This document shows, one piece after another, positions 48,755 through 61,545 of a DNA stretch of 62,000 bases. The translations under genes were made by a program, and so were the position numbers. Source of the DNA: Malacoraja senta (lineage: Eukaryota). The first letter of the stretch is position 1. Each line of letters opens with the position of its first letter. The stretch covers positions 1 through 62,000 of the forward strand of contig JAXLNO010000674.1 of assembly GCA_038087875.1 (NCBI GenBank). The letters are read 5' to 3'. Below the pieces are notes generated by a model. It saw nothing but the letters and a program-made list of their open reading frames with translations. It made no database searches and had not been told where the DNA came from.

Positions 48755-49310
48755 GCATCTACAAACTGCTGGAGGAACTCAGTGGATCAAGTAACATCTG
48801 TGTAGGCAAGGCGATGGTCAACATTTCAGATTGAGGTCTGCTTCAGGACTGAGTGTAGAGAGGAGATAGCTGGAATAAAGAGGTGAGGAGGAGGAGGGAT
48901 GAGGCAGAGGCAGGTAGACGATGGGTGAAGCTAAATGAGAGAGGAGATGGATAGATGAAGCCAGTGGGGAAGGAGTGGGTTAGGGAGACAGTGGCGGGTG
49001 CATGAAAGTAGAGACAAAGGAAAACAAAGACAAAAAATGGGAAAGATGGAGCCAGGTAGGAGAGGGGAGGATAGCGTGGCCCTTCCTTTCCCCCTCTTCA
49101 TCTTATGTCTCTAGCTTTCACTCACCATCTCCCAACTTCTCCCTTGTCCATCATCTCCCACCTCACCTTGTTTTGACTATCACCTGCCAGCCTCTGCCTC
49201 TTTCTGACTATCTCCAAAGTCCAATTACAGGATCTCGACCCAAAATGTCAATTATCCCTTTGCCTCCATAGGATCCTGCCAGACCCGTCGAGTTCCCCCA
49301 GCAATTTGCT
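48755..49310. repeat. Two Penelope-derived termini in inverted arrangement
   Basis: Left arm tgctggaggaactcagtggatc... plus purine tract; right arm pyrimidine tract plus ggatctcgacccaaaatgtc...gagttcccccagca. Confidence 0.55.
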
Positions 49311-49714
49311 TCTCTGAACAATATTAGCTTTGCAACAAATCTATTGTTTCACTACTACCATCCCTTACTATGTTCTAGGGAAGTGTACCTGCACCTGACT
49401 GCTCAGCTCTTTGCCAAGTACCCCACCTTTGTTTCCTTCATTTTCCCAATTCCCCATGTTGTGTCCAAGTTCCAATACCAGATCAGGAGGACACCAGGGA
49501 ATCCCAACCCTAACTATTATAGCATTGCATTGGTCTTTAACTAATGCAGTTTCAGTCATTCAAAATGGTTAACTTCTGTCTGAGCACATAACCCATTTGA
49601 TCTTTCGTCAGTACACGTGTGAACAGCTGCTGCATCATGCATTCCAAAGCCAGATGCACAGTGGAGTCAGAAAATAGCAAATACCAAGTTTAATTTGTGA
49701 TCATTATTCAAAGA

Positions 49715-52350
49715 ACTAGCAGCTCCTCCAAGGTAGCTCATTGGAAGCAAATGAAGCTCTGTACATTCAAAAGAGCAATCAAACTCCCTCAGAACATTTA
49801 TAACTCCCTCTACAACTGACCTTGGCATGGGAATAGTCAGAGGTAGGATACCAGGGTGTGTGGCTATTCTATGGAACAAGAAGCTTGACTCATCAATAAA
49901 TGTGGTTCAGCTTGATGCTGACTGGTGCATTGCCATACACTTTGCTCACAACGACAAGGAATTTGTTATCCTGAATGTATATACACCCTGTGAATGCCAT
50001 CAGAATGAGGATGAATTTTTAAATAATCTTGTTTTCATCTATTCTTTCATTCAAAACAATAATTATTGTAGTGTATGTCATTGGGGATATGAATGCAGAT
50101 ATCTCAGATAGGAATTCATTATTTGCCAATCATACGGCTCAGTTCTGTCAAGATAATAATTTAATATTGTCAAGCAAAGTGCTTTTACCTAAAGATAGTT
50201 ATACTTATATTAGTGAGGCCTGGCACACTACGACATGGCTGGACCACTGTATTAGTACAGCTGATGCACATGCCTCCTTGGGGTGTATGAGCATTCTGTA
50301 CGGGGCAGCAATGACTGATCATATACCTGTTCCTATGACAATAAATGTTGAACACATACCTGTGCTATCCAGAGATAGAAATAGCTTTAATACAGAAAAA
50401 CTGGACTGGTCAATGCTTACAAAGAAGGACATCTTAGCCTATTATGCTCATACAGATAAATCCTTAAGCAATATTCATCTAGCTAAAGATGCAATAATGT
50501 GTAATAATGTTAATTGTAAGGATATGAAGCATAGGAGAGATATCTGCTCCATGTATAATGATATAGTAAGCACTCTGTATGTAGGTAGTAAGCCCTACTA
50601 CAAGCATATAAATAAGACAAATAACATCAGGCCTGGCTGGAATAAGTATGTAGCTGAGTATCATGCTGAAGCCCGTGAAGCCACTAAATCATGGGCTATG
50701 GCAGGTAGACCCAGACATGGGCCTGTGTTTGAGTACAAGAAGCTCACTAATGCAAGGTATAAGTATGCTGTTCGCTTCATCTGTAAAAATGAGCAAGCTA
50801 TGAGGGCTGATTCCATGGCTAAGAAGCTGCAAAGTAACAATGCCTCAGATTTTTGGAAAGCAGTGAGAACTCTTAACAGTTGCAAAACATCTCTACCATG
50901 CACTGTAGATGGAATCTCCGGAACAGCTAATATTGTGGAATTATGCCGACAACATTATAGTACTTTATTCAACTGTGTCCAAGGTGATTTGTATAGGGTG
51001 GACAATATTGAGAGTAATAACTCAATGGCGATTATGTCACATGAGGTGTATCATGCCATGAACAAGCTGTCCAACAACAAAGCAAGAGGCTTGAATCATA
51101 GTTCTGCTGATCATCTTATGTATGCGAGTATGAGGATAGCTCCTCTCCTTGCTATTTGTTTTACTGGCTTTATGATTCATGGCTTGTTACCACTCAATGT
51201 TGTCTGTTCTGTTAGTGCCGGTCATTAAGGACAAAGCCGGTAAAGTAGGTAGCCTAAATAATTACAGGCCCATAGCTTTAGCCAGCATATTGTCAAAAGT
51301 TTTAGAAAGAGTTCTGCTGGATAGAATAAATGAGTTTGTTAACTCCACAGATAACTAGTTTGGTTTTAAAGCTAAACATGGCACTGACTTATGCATATAT
51401 GCCCTAAAGGAGATTGTAAACAAATATAGAGGCAAAAACTCTTCAATCCTTATGTGCTTATTGATGCTTCCAAAGGCTTTGACCGTGTTAATCACAGAAA
51501 GCTGTTCGTTAAAATGAGTCAAAGAGGGGTGCCTAAATACATTGTGAGAATTCTGGCCTACTGGTATGCCCACCAGACTATGCAAATAAAATCGGGCAAT
51601 AGAGTCTCAGCCCCATTTGGGGTTAGCAATGGTGTTAGACAAGGGGGAATTTTGTCCACAGTCCTTTTTAATCTTTATATTGATGATCTGTCCAAACAAT
51701 TGAAAGACTGTAATACTGGGTGCATGATGGGTAATACTTTAGTGAACCATATTATGTATGCAGATGATCTTGTGGTCTTTAGTCCATCTAGCGCTGGTCT
51801 CCAGCAGCTCCTTACTATATGTTCTGTGTATGGTGTGGAACATGATATTAAAAATAATGCTTGTAAGAGTGCTGTTATGATCGGTAGAACCAAAGAGAAT
51901 AAATGTCTAAAATTTCCTGATTTTAAATTGATTATTATCTTAGTGTCTGTAATAAGGTAAAATATCCAGGGCATTTTATTACAGAACAAATGACAGATGA
52001 TGACGATATTTATAGGCAACGACGCATGCTGTATGTACAGGCGAATATGTATAAATTCAGTTGCAGGATAAATGATTAAAAATGTAATTATTGTGGCCTT
52101 GTCAAACATAAGGTTTAGCACTACACGCTACGAATCCCAGTTGTGGAGACACTGGTATCATTGTCTCCTTGTAGGACATTGATCATTCTTTTATTCTGGA
52201 TTTTAATTCATGTATTGTGTTTTTTTTTTAATATATAAATATATAATTTATATGTTTTATGATATTTTTTTAATATGCAATGCATTTTTATGTAATGTTG
52301 CCCCTTGTCTGGACCTTGAGTCCGAAATAAAGTTTATTATTATTATTATA
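49715..52350 (+). mobile_element. Degenerate APE-type LINE of RTEX/Proto2-like type
   Basis: ILNVYTP, VIGDMNAD, WLDHCIST, TDH (APE); IDASKGFDRVNH, GVRQGGILS, MYADD, GLQQLL (RT); ends aataaag(ttat)n. Clade assignment is from memory and uncertain. Confidence 0.75.
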
Positions 52351-53106
52351 GAGGGGAAAGCGACGAAAAGAATTTGACAATTGATAACCTTTATGTAGTT
52401 TATAGTTAGATGTTATTTTATTCTAATTGCCGCCACATGCAGGATTCCAAGACTGATGCATTTCAACAAGAATCGTTGGAATGGCATTTCCCATCAAAAA
52501 GCCCACATCCTCACCCCTAAACTGCATGGCTGCAGGCCGACCTCACACTCAGCAATACCTCACCGCCACATTGTGAAGGATGTAGCGTTTGTATTTAATG
52601 TCATCCAAGATTTTCATGAATGCAGATGGCTCAGGCTTCACGGGAACAGGCGTGTAACTTCGCCTCACTGGTGTTAACTAACCGCACGCCACTTCGCACT
52701 TCCTTCATCAGCTGAAACCACACTCTGCGCTGGGTGAGAGATGAGGGAGATGATAAGGACCGAGCTCACCAGTTACGGAAAACATTTGGGCAGGAACGGG
52801 AGCCTTTCATGTCAGTCTGGTGCCAGCTCCACCATTAAATCAAAGCAACTTTGATCAAAGCAGGGTTGAGCTACACCTATCATTGAGGTTTTAATTGTAC
52901 AATGTAAACATCAAATTAAAACAATTCATAGACAAAGATTTTTTGAAAAAGTAACATTGTTACAGCTTGCCTCTGATAACAGGTTAGAGTACAAACTCTC
53001 AATGGTTGCCCTATTTCAGAGATGTTTTCTTCTGCTCCCATTGACTTTCACAATAAAAAAAATCTTAATCATTAAGCAAAATCCATTCCATTTTGTAATT
53101 GTACTA

Positions 53107-54402
53107 GAAACATAGAAACATAGAAAATAGGTGCAGGAGGAGGCCATTCAGCCCTTCGAGCCAGCACTGCCATTCATTGTGATCATGGCTGATCGTCCCC
53201 TATCAATAACCCGTGTCTCCCTTCCTCCCCATATCCCTTGACTCCACTAGCCCCTAGAGCTCTATCTAACTCTCTCTTAAATCCATCCAGTGACTTGGCC
53301 TCCACTGCCCTCTGTGGCAGGGAATTCCATAAATTCACAACTCTGGGTGAAAAAGTTTTTTCTCACCTCAGTCTTAAATGACCTCCCCTTTATTCCAGGA
53401 CTGTGGCCCCTGGTTCTGCTCGCCCAACTTTGGGAACATTTTCCTCCATCTAGCTTGTCCAGTCCTTTATAATTTTATATGTTTCTATAAGATCCCCCTC
53501 ATCCTAAACTCCAGTGAATACAAGCCTACTCTTTTCAATCTTTCCTCATATGCCAGTCCCGCCATCCCAGGCAAGAGGGGAACTTGCTATCAAAACATGG
53601 AGGGGACGGGGACACAATTTTTTGCGGGGCCACGCGCGCATGCGCACACTCACGCGCACACTCACACATACGCGCGCGAGGCTTCGGAGGCTCAATCCAG
53701 CGCTAGATGCAGCTCAACACTGCCTGTCTCACAGGGTTAACTACAGCCCTGGCTGGACTCACGGGATACCAGCGCTGCTTCTCCGCTGGCCATATTTCCC
53801 GCAAGTCCAGGAAGGGTTGTAAGCTCACCTGGTGGGACAGGCAGAGTTGACCTGGTTTAGCGCTGCTTCTCTGCGCTGGCTGTGGGTCTGGCGGCACCGC
53901 GCCGTTCTGACTACCGACCAAAGATCCTATAGCGGAGGATGTTGCTTCCGACCTCTCTGGCCACCCGCCGGGGGGGGTACTCGGTCGGGCACAGGACAGC
54001 GCCGGAGACCCGGCCGGGATCGATCCTGCCTGCGGATGAAGCGCAGGTCTATGCCATGTCTCCCTCCTCCAATCACCGCACTCTATCCTCAGGCCCAGCC
54101 CCCCCACTCCTCCAATCATCACGCTGAATTATCATGACCCGCCCCATTGCCTGCTGACCGACGTCTCCCTCCAATCGGCGCCCTCGATCACCGGATTTTA
54201 AATCCGGATAACAAAAACTTGGGGGGGGGGATGTCCCCCACCTCTCAAACATGGAGGAGACATGTCCCCTCTGGCCCCCCCGGGTTTTCCGACCCTGATC
54301 CCAGGGATCAATCTCATGAACCTACGCTGCACTGCCTCAATCACAGATGTCCTTCCTCAAATTAGGAGACCAAAACTGTACACAATACTCCAGATGTGGT
54401 CT
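53107..54402 (-). mobile_element. CR1 LINE 3' fragment split by a hAT insertion
   Basis: (agaaacat)n tail at 53107; sequence resumes at 54306 colinear with the CR1 copy at ~45970. Confidence 0.85.
53572..54297. mobile_element. Non-autonomous hAT element
   Basis: 8-bp TSD ATCCCAGG (53564-53571 / 54298-54305); right terminus ...gttttccgaccctg; left terminus degenerate. Confidence 0.75.
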
Positions 54403-55075
54403 CCAGAGGTACTGCAATGTTGTAGCTGCCTGACCACATACTTGAAAAACCAGAGGTTGGTGAAATTTGATACTTTGCGCAGTCTTCAGCAGCATGATCA
54501 TTAGCAAAGAGCAAAGCTGATCATATATTTCATGGCTGGTTTGGGTTAGTGATGTGCACTGGGGTTTGCTCTGCTGGCTCAGCCTGCTCAGGGACCAGGG
54601 ACGATTAAGGCTTAAAGCAGTTGGTTCTCAGTGAGGTGAAGAAAACGATGGGATGGGAAAGGGATGAAGTGCCATCGTGCCTCAAGACCAATCAACTCCA
54701 GCCAGCGAGATGGAGAGAATATTGAAGAGAAACAGATCTGCACGTGCTACCATTGTGATTCAAATGTGTTTCAGGGTTTTCAGAACAATAAGAATTGCAG
54801 TGAAAACAAAATACTTTCTATAGTGGCTGTCTAAATACCACTTTGTTTGAGATTTAAATGAATGTGCGGATCTGAACAGAGCTTCCTTTTGCAGAGCTTT
54901 GGGGTGTTTAATCGTCCACCAGCACTGAGACAGGTTTTAAGTTCCATTCCGAATTATACAAAGCTCCCTCAAGTAAAGCACTCAACCAGTCCAAGGGTTG
55001 GGCAGGTTTTATCCTTAAAATGGGACTGAGCCAATAATAACACCAAACTAACCAGAGGATTGGAATCCTCTAGTT

Positions 55076-55671
55076 CAGCGGTCGGCAACCTACGGACCCC
55101 GGGCTGAATGCGGCCCTTAACCCAAAATCATCTGCCCCGCAGGCGTTTTTGTTTCCCGTAATCATCCGGCCCGCATACTTCCATCATCTCCGGTACCTCC
55201 CGGGCCCGAGGCCGCGGCGCCCAGGTGCGGTGACGCAAGGACGAAAGGAGGCCTGCGCTGGCGGCCACAATGGCGGAGCTACCGAGCAGCGCCCAGCAGC
55301 GCTGAGCTCTGGCTGTACCCCATCCTATGTACCCCAGCGCACAGCCGCGCACCTTCTGGGCTTCACTGTCGGGATCAGGGTTGTCAATAGGCCGGGGACG
55401 AGCGAGTATGAGTATTTGAGCCACCGCCTTCAGGACAGAGCCAAGGCAATGGCCCGTAGGTACGCCATGTTGGTGAGCGCCCATAACTAGGGGCCAGTGC
55501 TCCGCGTGGTGTCCTCGAAGGGGGAAGGATCTATGTGAACATGTGATTTGATGCCTGCCATCCGGATCGGGATGGGGGCAGGTTCCATGTGTACATGTGA
55601 TGGATGTGGCCCGCCATCCGCTCACAGACATGCGTCCTGGGCCCTATACAGAACAAGGTTGCCCACCCCTG
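55076..55671. mobile_element. hAT-Charlie-type MITE
   Basis: TIRs cagcggtcggcaacct / aggttgcccacccctg; 8-bp TSD ctctagtt / ctctagct (7 of 8 match). Confidence 0.88.
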
Positions 55672-56207
55672 CTCTAGCTAACTGTGAGCAAATAGGAACT
55701 GGTGGGATGATGGAGATGGATACTGAAATTCTCACCCAATATGGAGACTCCAGGCTTGCTTTATCAAGAGTCTTCCTCCAGCAGTATTTTCAGAGTCTGC
55801 AAAAATGAATTGTCAATATTACACCAGGTTAAACAACTCAATTAAGTCACATTTGCACTGTTAGTATTAGACTGAAGCTCAGCCAGCTGGAATCCACCAA
55901 AACGATTCCATGACATAAGCAATATGGTACTTAATCTGAGGAAAAAATCTGAAACAAAGTGCTGGAAACAGTCGGGTCAAGCAGCTTCTGCAGGGAGAAT
56001 CACGTTAGTGTTTCAGGTTGAAAACCCTTTGGCAGACAATCTTGTTTTTCTCACCATGAACAACACAGCCAAGATCTGTATTATCATGCAACATCTACAT
56101 TGTGGCCAGTACAGTATGGTCTATTTCATTATTATATGCTGCATAAAGCAAGGGATATTATTAAACTCTGTAGAACCATAGCGGTAACAATCATTACAAC
56201 TATGTTG

Positions 56208-56510
56208 GCAGGGTGGAGCAGCGGTAGAGTTGCTGCCTTACAGCGCCAGAGACCCAGGTTTGATCCCGACTAAGGGGGCTGTCTGTATGGAGTTTGTATA
56301 TTCTCCCCGTGACCTGTGTGGATTTTCTCCGAGATCTTCGGTTTCCTCTCACACTCCAAAGACGTACAGGTTTATAATTTAATTGGTTGGTATAAGTGTA
56401 AATTGTTCCTAGTGTGACTAGAATAGTGCTAGTGTGCAGGAATCACTGGTCGATGCGACTCGGTGGGCCGAAGGGCCAGTTTCCCCTCTGAATCTCTAAA
56501 CTAAACTAAA
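56208..56510 (+). mobile_element. HE1/V-SINE-type SINE
   Basis: Full head/core/tail ending (ctaaa)n. Confidence 0.88.
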
Positions 56511-56609
56511 CCAAATTACCCTATCCTTGCATCCATTGGGACAGTTTCAGATCCAATTCACCCCTCTCCCTTAGACGCTTTCATTTTGACCAACCTGCCC
56601 TATGGGATA

Positions 56610-57085
56610 GGCACAAAATGCTGGGGTAACTCAGTGGATCAGGCAGCATCTCTGGAGAGAAGAAATGGAAGACGTTTCGGGTCAAGACCGTTCTTCAGAC
56701 TGAGATTCAAGGGAAAGGGAAACGAGAGATATAGATGACAATATGGAGAGATATAGAACAAATAAATGAAATGCAAAAATGTAACGATGATCAAGGAAAC
56801 AGTCCATTGTTAGCAGTGGGCTAGGTGAAAACAAGTTACAGACAATGAAACTCATCAGGACGCCAGTGAAATTAGTACAACAACTAGGTTGGGGAGAGGC
56901 GGAGAGAGAAGGGATGCAAGGGGAACGTGAAGTTAGAGAAATCAATATTCACACCACTGGGCTGTAAGCTGTCCACACGAAATATGAGGTGCTGTCCCTC
57001 CAATTTGTGTTTGACCTCACTCGGACAGCGGAGGAGGCCCAGGACAGGAAGGTTAGCGTTGGAATGGGAAGGGGAGTTAAACTGC
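56610..57085 (-). mobile_element. Penelope-like element 3' end (GIY-YIG C-terminus + terminal repeat with hammerhead core)
   Basis: FNSPSHSNANLPVLGLLRC..KHKLEGQHLIFRVDSLQPSGVNIDFSNF, followed by ctgaagaacggtcttgacccgaaacgtc (56698-56671). Confidence 0.85.
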
Positions 57086-57540
57086 CCTGTGGGATCTTGT
57101 CTGAAGCTTTTGCTAAAATCCTCTACATCAATCATTCTATCCAATTCAACCCTGCTCAAAGAATAATGGGTGCAAGGTGCTTCTGAGCGGGCCATATCTT
57201 CCTGAAATGTACCGTTAGCGGTGGGTTAGCTCCATGTTGACAACAGAGTGTGTGGAAATGGAAATGGAAGTGACACCACCATTTATGGAACAGCAAGGTT
57301 CAGCATTGCAGCTTTACCTTCACTCAAGCTAGCTCAAAGTAGCTTCACTGCTGGCACTCAGCCGGCTGGCAAAATTAGAAGATGCCCAAGTATGCAGTGT
57401 TTGCAAAATGCAAGCTAAATGTAATTACTGCTCCCTCAGCTTATTCAATTATCTACAGAGTGACTGGCAATGCTGTTAGATGGCAACTACCACACCAGTA
57501 CCTGCTAAACTATTTAGACTAAGTCGGAATCATTTAGCTT

Positions 57541-57845
57541 CAATTTAGTTTAGAGATACAGTGCAGAAACAGTCCCTTCGACCCACCGGGTCCGAGCTGA
57601 CCAACACTCTCCGCACATTAACACTATCCTACACACACACACTAGGGTCAATTCACATTTGTACCGAGCCAGTTAAACTACAAACCCTGTAGGTACTAGG
57701 AGTTGGGAGGAAATCAAAGATCTCGGAGAAAACCCACGCAGGTCACGGGGAGAATGTACAATCTCCGTACAAACAGCATCCGTAGTAAGGATGGAACCCG
57801 GGTCCCTGGTGCTGAAGGCAGCAACTCTACCGCTGCGCCACCGTG
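57541..57845 (-). mobile_element. HE1/V-SINE-type SINE
   Basis: Reverse complement of the SINE consensus seen elsewhere in the window. Confidence 0.85.
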
Positions 57846-58451
57846 TATCTGTAATACAATCAAAAGAAAAAAATTCAAAGGCAAGAATAGTGAGTTCCTA
57901 TAAAATCAAGGTGCCAATTAACCACAAATGTTGCTTACACATACAAGGAATATTTAAGCTAGGGTAATGGGGATAGTAATCAGCTGATACCGTTCATAAA
58001 TGGAAATATTTCATCTGTTAATTGCAATTATTGTAGTCGTAGGATACTACTGACACTCAGTATAGTGTCCTCTCTCCAACTGAACTCACCCAAGTTAGTC
58101 ACCTTCCATCACCAATGTTCCAATTGGGGTGTTCTCTAATTATTGCTGAGAGTGTTTTCAGATCACACTGATATTCTTCAGGTGATGAAGAATGCGGCAA
58201 ACCTCTGAACAAAAGTCAGCTGTTCAACCACCTCTCCTTAATATTCATGTACTATTCATCCACATCCACAAACCATGGGGGCCTCGTTGGTCAGAAACCT
58301 AACAGGACCAGCCAAAACTATCCTGGCTGCAAATCCTTTGAACCTCAAAACCTTTCCATCAATAAGGAACATCAGAGGGAGATTGAATCTTCCCTGCTTT
58401 CATAGATCAGTGATCAATAAGATGTTTGACAACATCTAGGATAGTATACTG

Positions 58452-58655
58452 TGGGTGTATGGAACAAGCTGCCAGAGGAGGTAGTTGAGGCAGGGACTAT
58501 TGCAACATTTAAAAACGATTAGACAGGTACAGGGATAGGACAGGTTTAGAGGGATATGGACAAAACACAGGCAGGTGGGACTAGTGTAACTGGGCCATGT
58601 TGGCTGGTGCGGGCAAGTTGCGCCAAGGGGCCTGATTCCACGCTGTATGACTATG
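58452..58655 (+). mobile_element. CR1/HER1 3' tail fragment
   Basis: tggaacaagctgccagaggaggtagttgaggcagg..., same as 17810-17900. Confidence 0.75.
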
Positions 58656-58872
58656 AATATAAATAGCTTGACCTACATCCTAATCAATATCCTAACAATT
58701 AACACTCCCAATCACAAGTACACCTTAGCTGCATGAACATCATTCACAAGATGCACCGCACCAATTCACCAATTCTATCCAAACACCCGAGCAACAAATG
58801 CTTGAGAATGTAGACAAAAATGCTGGAGAAACTCAGCGGGTGTAGCAGCATCTATGGAGCGAAGGAAATAGG

Positions 58873-58901
58873 CAACGTTTCGGGCTGAAACCCTTCTTCA
58901 G
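58873..58901 (-). ncRNA. Minimal hammerhead-like core (Penelope terminus)
   Basis: Minus strand CTGAAGAAGGGTTTCAGCCCGAAACGTTG. Confidence 0.5.
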
Positions 58902-60566
58902 ACTGAGAATAATGACGTCCAAGTTTCCCTCAGCTCATCTTGATTTATGAATGCAAATACGCCCTCATTGTCACTATATCAACTCACAACAAAGTGTGCC
59001 TGAACTTTCTACAGAGCATTTAACTAAATTATTGAGTGTATATCTTGCATACCCTTCCTGTCATTGGCTGTGGTCTAATTCCCTTCCTAGGATCTTCTGG
59101 CTTTCTCTCTTCTTCCTGACATTCTTCAATTTGCCTGAATGTTTCATTGGCCTGCTGTGAACTCCCTTGGTTATTTAACCACATGAACAAAGGTGCTGTA
59201 CAAAATGCTTGCAGCTGTTAAAGGTTCCCTTACTTGTGATATGACCCAGCATTCTGCGCAGTTCCATTGTCTCTGCAAACAGCCTTGTTCACAGCTTGAA
59301 AGTCCAATATGGCCGTGGAGTCCTGCAAGTGATTCCAGCACAACTGAAATTACAGGACAAGAGATTAACCTTGATGCATAAGATTTAAAGTCATTGGTTT
59401 AACAATCCATAGCCGATAATATCATCCAAAAGGAACTCAGAGTTTATGAATTGGATAAGATTTTATTTAGAATAAAGTTACTTCATATGACTCTATCATA
59501 TGACTAAAATGCCATCCATTTTGCTATCAGTTACCTAGAGCCAGCCCATTGCCTGTTCATCAAGTTACTGATCTGGAATAGTTTGAGTCATTCTCCATAG
59601 GAATTGGATTGAGACTTTCCAAATTAGCTTGGCATGGGACTGTTTTATGATAGCAGGTGTGTAGACATGGATACTGGGAAGATCACCACATTACCGATCA
59701 TCATGCCAGCCAGTCTTGCTGAGTCCTGGCAGATTTATATTGGGAATCGGCTGGAGTAACTCATCATCTCTGGAGAGAAGGAATGGGTGATGTTTCATGT
59801 TGAGAGCCTTCTTCATCTTGTGTCTATCTTCGGTGTAAACAAGCATTTGCAGTTCCTTCCTACACAGATTTATAACGGGGACAGGACAATGCACGCCACA
59901 GTTTGGTGATCTGGCGTTACCATGACACTCGATCAACAAGTCAGTTGTTCAGACTTGGGTGGAGACAGTGCTCATCCACAGCTCACAAATCCTAGTTTTG
60001 ATTTATTCATGAGAACAGAGTTGAGTCCATTTACCCTCAAGCCCAGCCCACTACTTGACCAGAGTCATGTCAAATCTGTACCTCACCCATCTGTAATTAG
60101 GGGTTCTTTAACCTTGAACTTCCTTGATCTTCTAAGGTTCAGAGTGCTTATGGTTGTTCGGGGAAATATAATCCCGACAAGGCCTGGGGGCTGGCTTTTA
60201 CTATCTGGGTCGGCAAGACCAATCTATTTCAGTTCGCTCACATTGACCAAGGCACTATAGGCACAATACTCCCCAATCTATACAAATTATTAATCTTCAG
60301 ATCATTCCTGAACCTTACCAAAAATTGCACATTGGCCACATGGTCCAGATTCCAGAGTGTAACAGTAAAGTTGCAGGGTCTGGGACCCAAACTCCGATCC
60401 AGCTCATGCAGACACATCCATGTTTAGTTTAGTTTAGAGATACAGTGTGGAAACAGGCTCTCCGGCCCACCGAGTTTGTGCCAACCAACGATCACCCATA
60501 TACTACACTAGGGGCAATTTTGCAGAAGTCAATTAACCTGGAAAATTGCACGTCTTTGGAGTACTG

Positions 60567-61545
60567 CAAGTCTCAGTGCTGGGAACCCAGCTATTTACAA
60601 TATATATTAATGATTTGGACGAGGGAATTGAATGCAATATCTCCAAGTTTGCGGATGACACAAAGCTGGGGGGGCAGTATTAGCTGTATGGAGGTTGCTA
60701 GGAGGCTGCAAGGTGATTTGGATAGGTTGGGTGAGTGGGCAAATGCATGGCAGATGCAGTATAATGTGGATAAATGTGAGGTTATCCACTTTAGTGGCAA
60801 AAACAGGAAAGTAGACTATTATCTGAATGGTGGCCGATTAGGAAAAGGGGAGATGCAACGAGACCTGGGTGTCATGGTACACCAGTCATTGAAAGTAGGC
60901 ATGCAGGTGCAGCGGGCAGTGAAGAAAGCGTATGGTATGTTAGCATTTATAGCAAAAGGATTTGAGTATAGGAGCAGGGAGGTTCTACTGCAGTTGTACA
61001 GGGTCTTGGTGAGACCACACCTGGAGAATTGCATACAGTTTTGGTCTCCTAATCTGAGGAAAGACATTCTTGCCATAGAGGGAGTACAGAGAAGGTTCAC
61101 CAGACTGATTCCTGGGATGTCAGGACTTTCATATGAAGAAAGACTGGGTAGACTCGGCTTGTACTCGCTAGAATTTAGAAGATTGAGGGGGGATCTTATA
61201 GGAACTTACAACATTTTTAAGGGTTTGGACAGGCTAGATGCAGTGAGATTGTTCCCGATGTTGGGGAAGTCCAGAACAAGGGGTCTTTTAGGACCAAGAT
61301 GAGAATAACATTTTTCACATAGAGAGTGGTGAATCTCTGGAATTCTCTGCCACAGAAGGTAGTTGAGGCCAGTTCATTGGCTATATTTAAGAGGGAGTTA
61401 GATGTGGCCCTTGTGGCTAAAGGGATCAGGGGGTATGGAGAGAAGGCAGGCACAGGATACTGAGTTGGATGATCAGCCATGATCATATTGAATAGCGGTG
61501 CAGGCTTGAAGGGCCGAATGGTCTACTCCTGCACCTATTTTCTAT
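60567..61545 (+). mobile_element. CR1 LINE 3' fragment
   Basis: ORF 60445..61302: LQGDLDRLGEWANAWQMQYNVDKCEVIHF, LYRVLVRPHLE, LEFRRLRGDLI; 3' UTR to ~61545. Confidence 0.9.

Larger units (their letters stand above)
47238..59343 (-). pseudogene. spire: Spire-like actin-nucleator gene remnant: exons 59343-59234, 55796-55736, 52729-52564, 48626-48550, 47279-~47238
   Basis: Exons with AG acceptors (and GT donors, except the truncated last one) in Spire order: LCWNHL..FQAVNKA/LFAETMEL (KIND C-term); TLKILL../..ESPYW; RVWFQLMKEVRSGVRLVNTSE/RSYTPVP..ILDDIKYKRYILHNV (WH2-A/B); ..VLDLGRLRSLLKP (WH2-C); ATARKLRDAPP (start of WH2-D exon). Four exons carry frameshifts. Confidence 0.8.
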
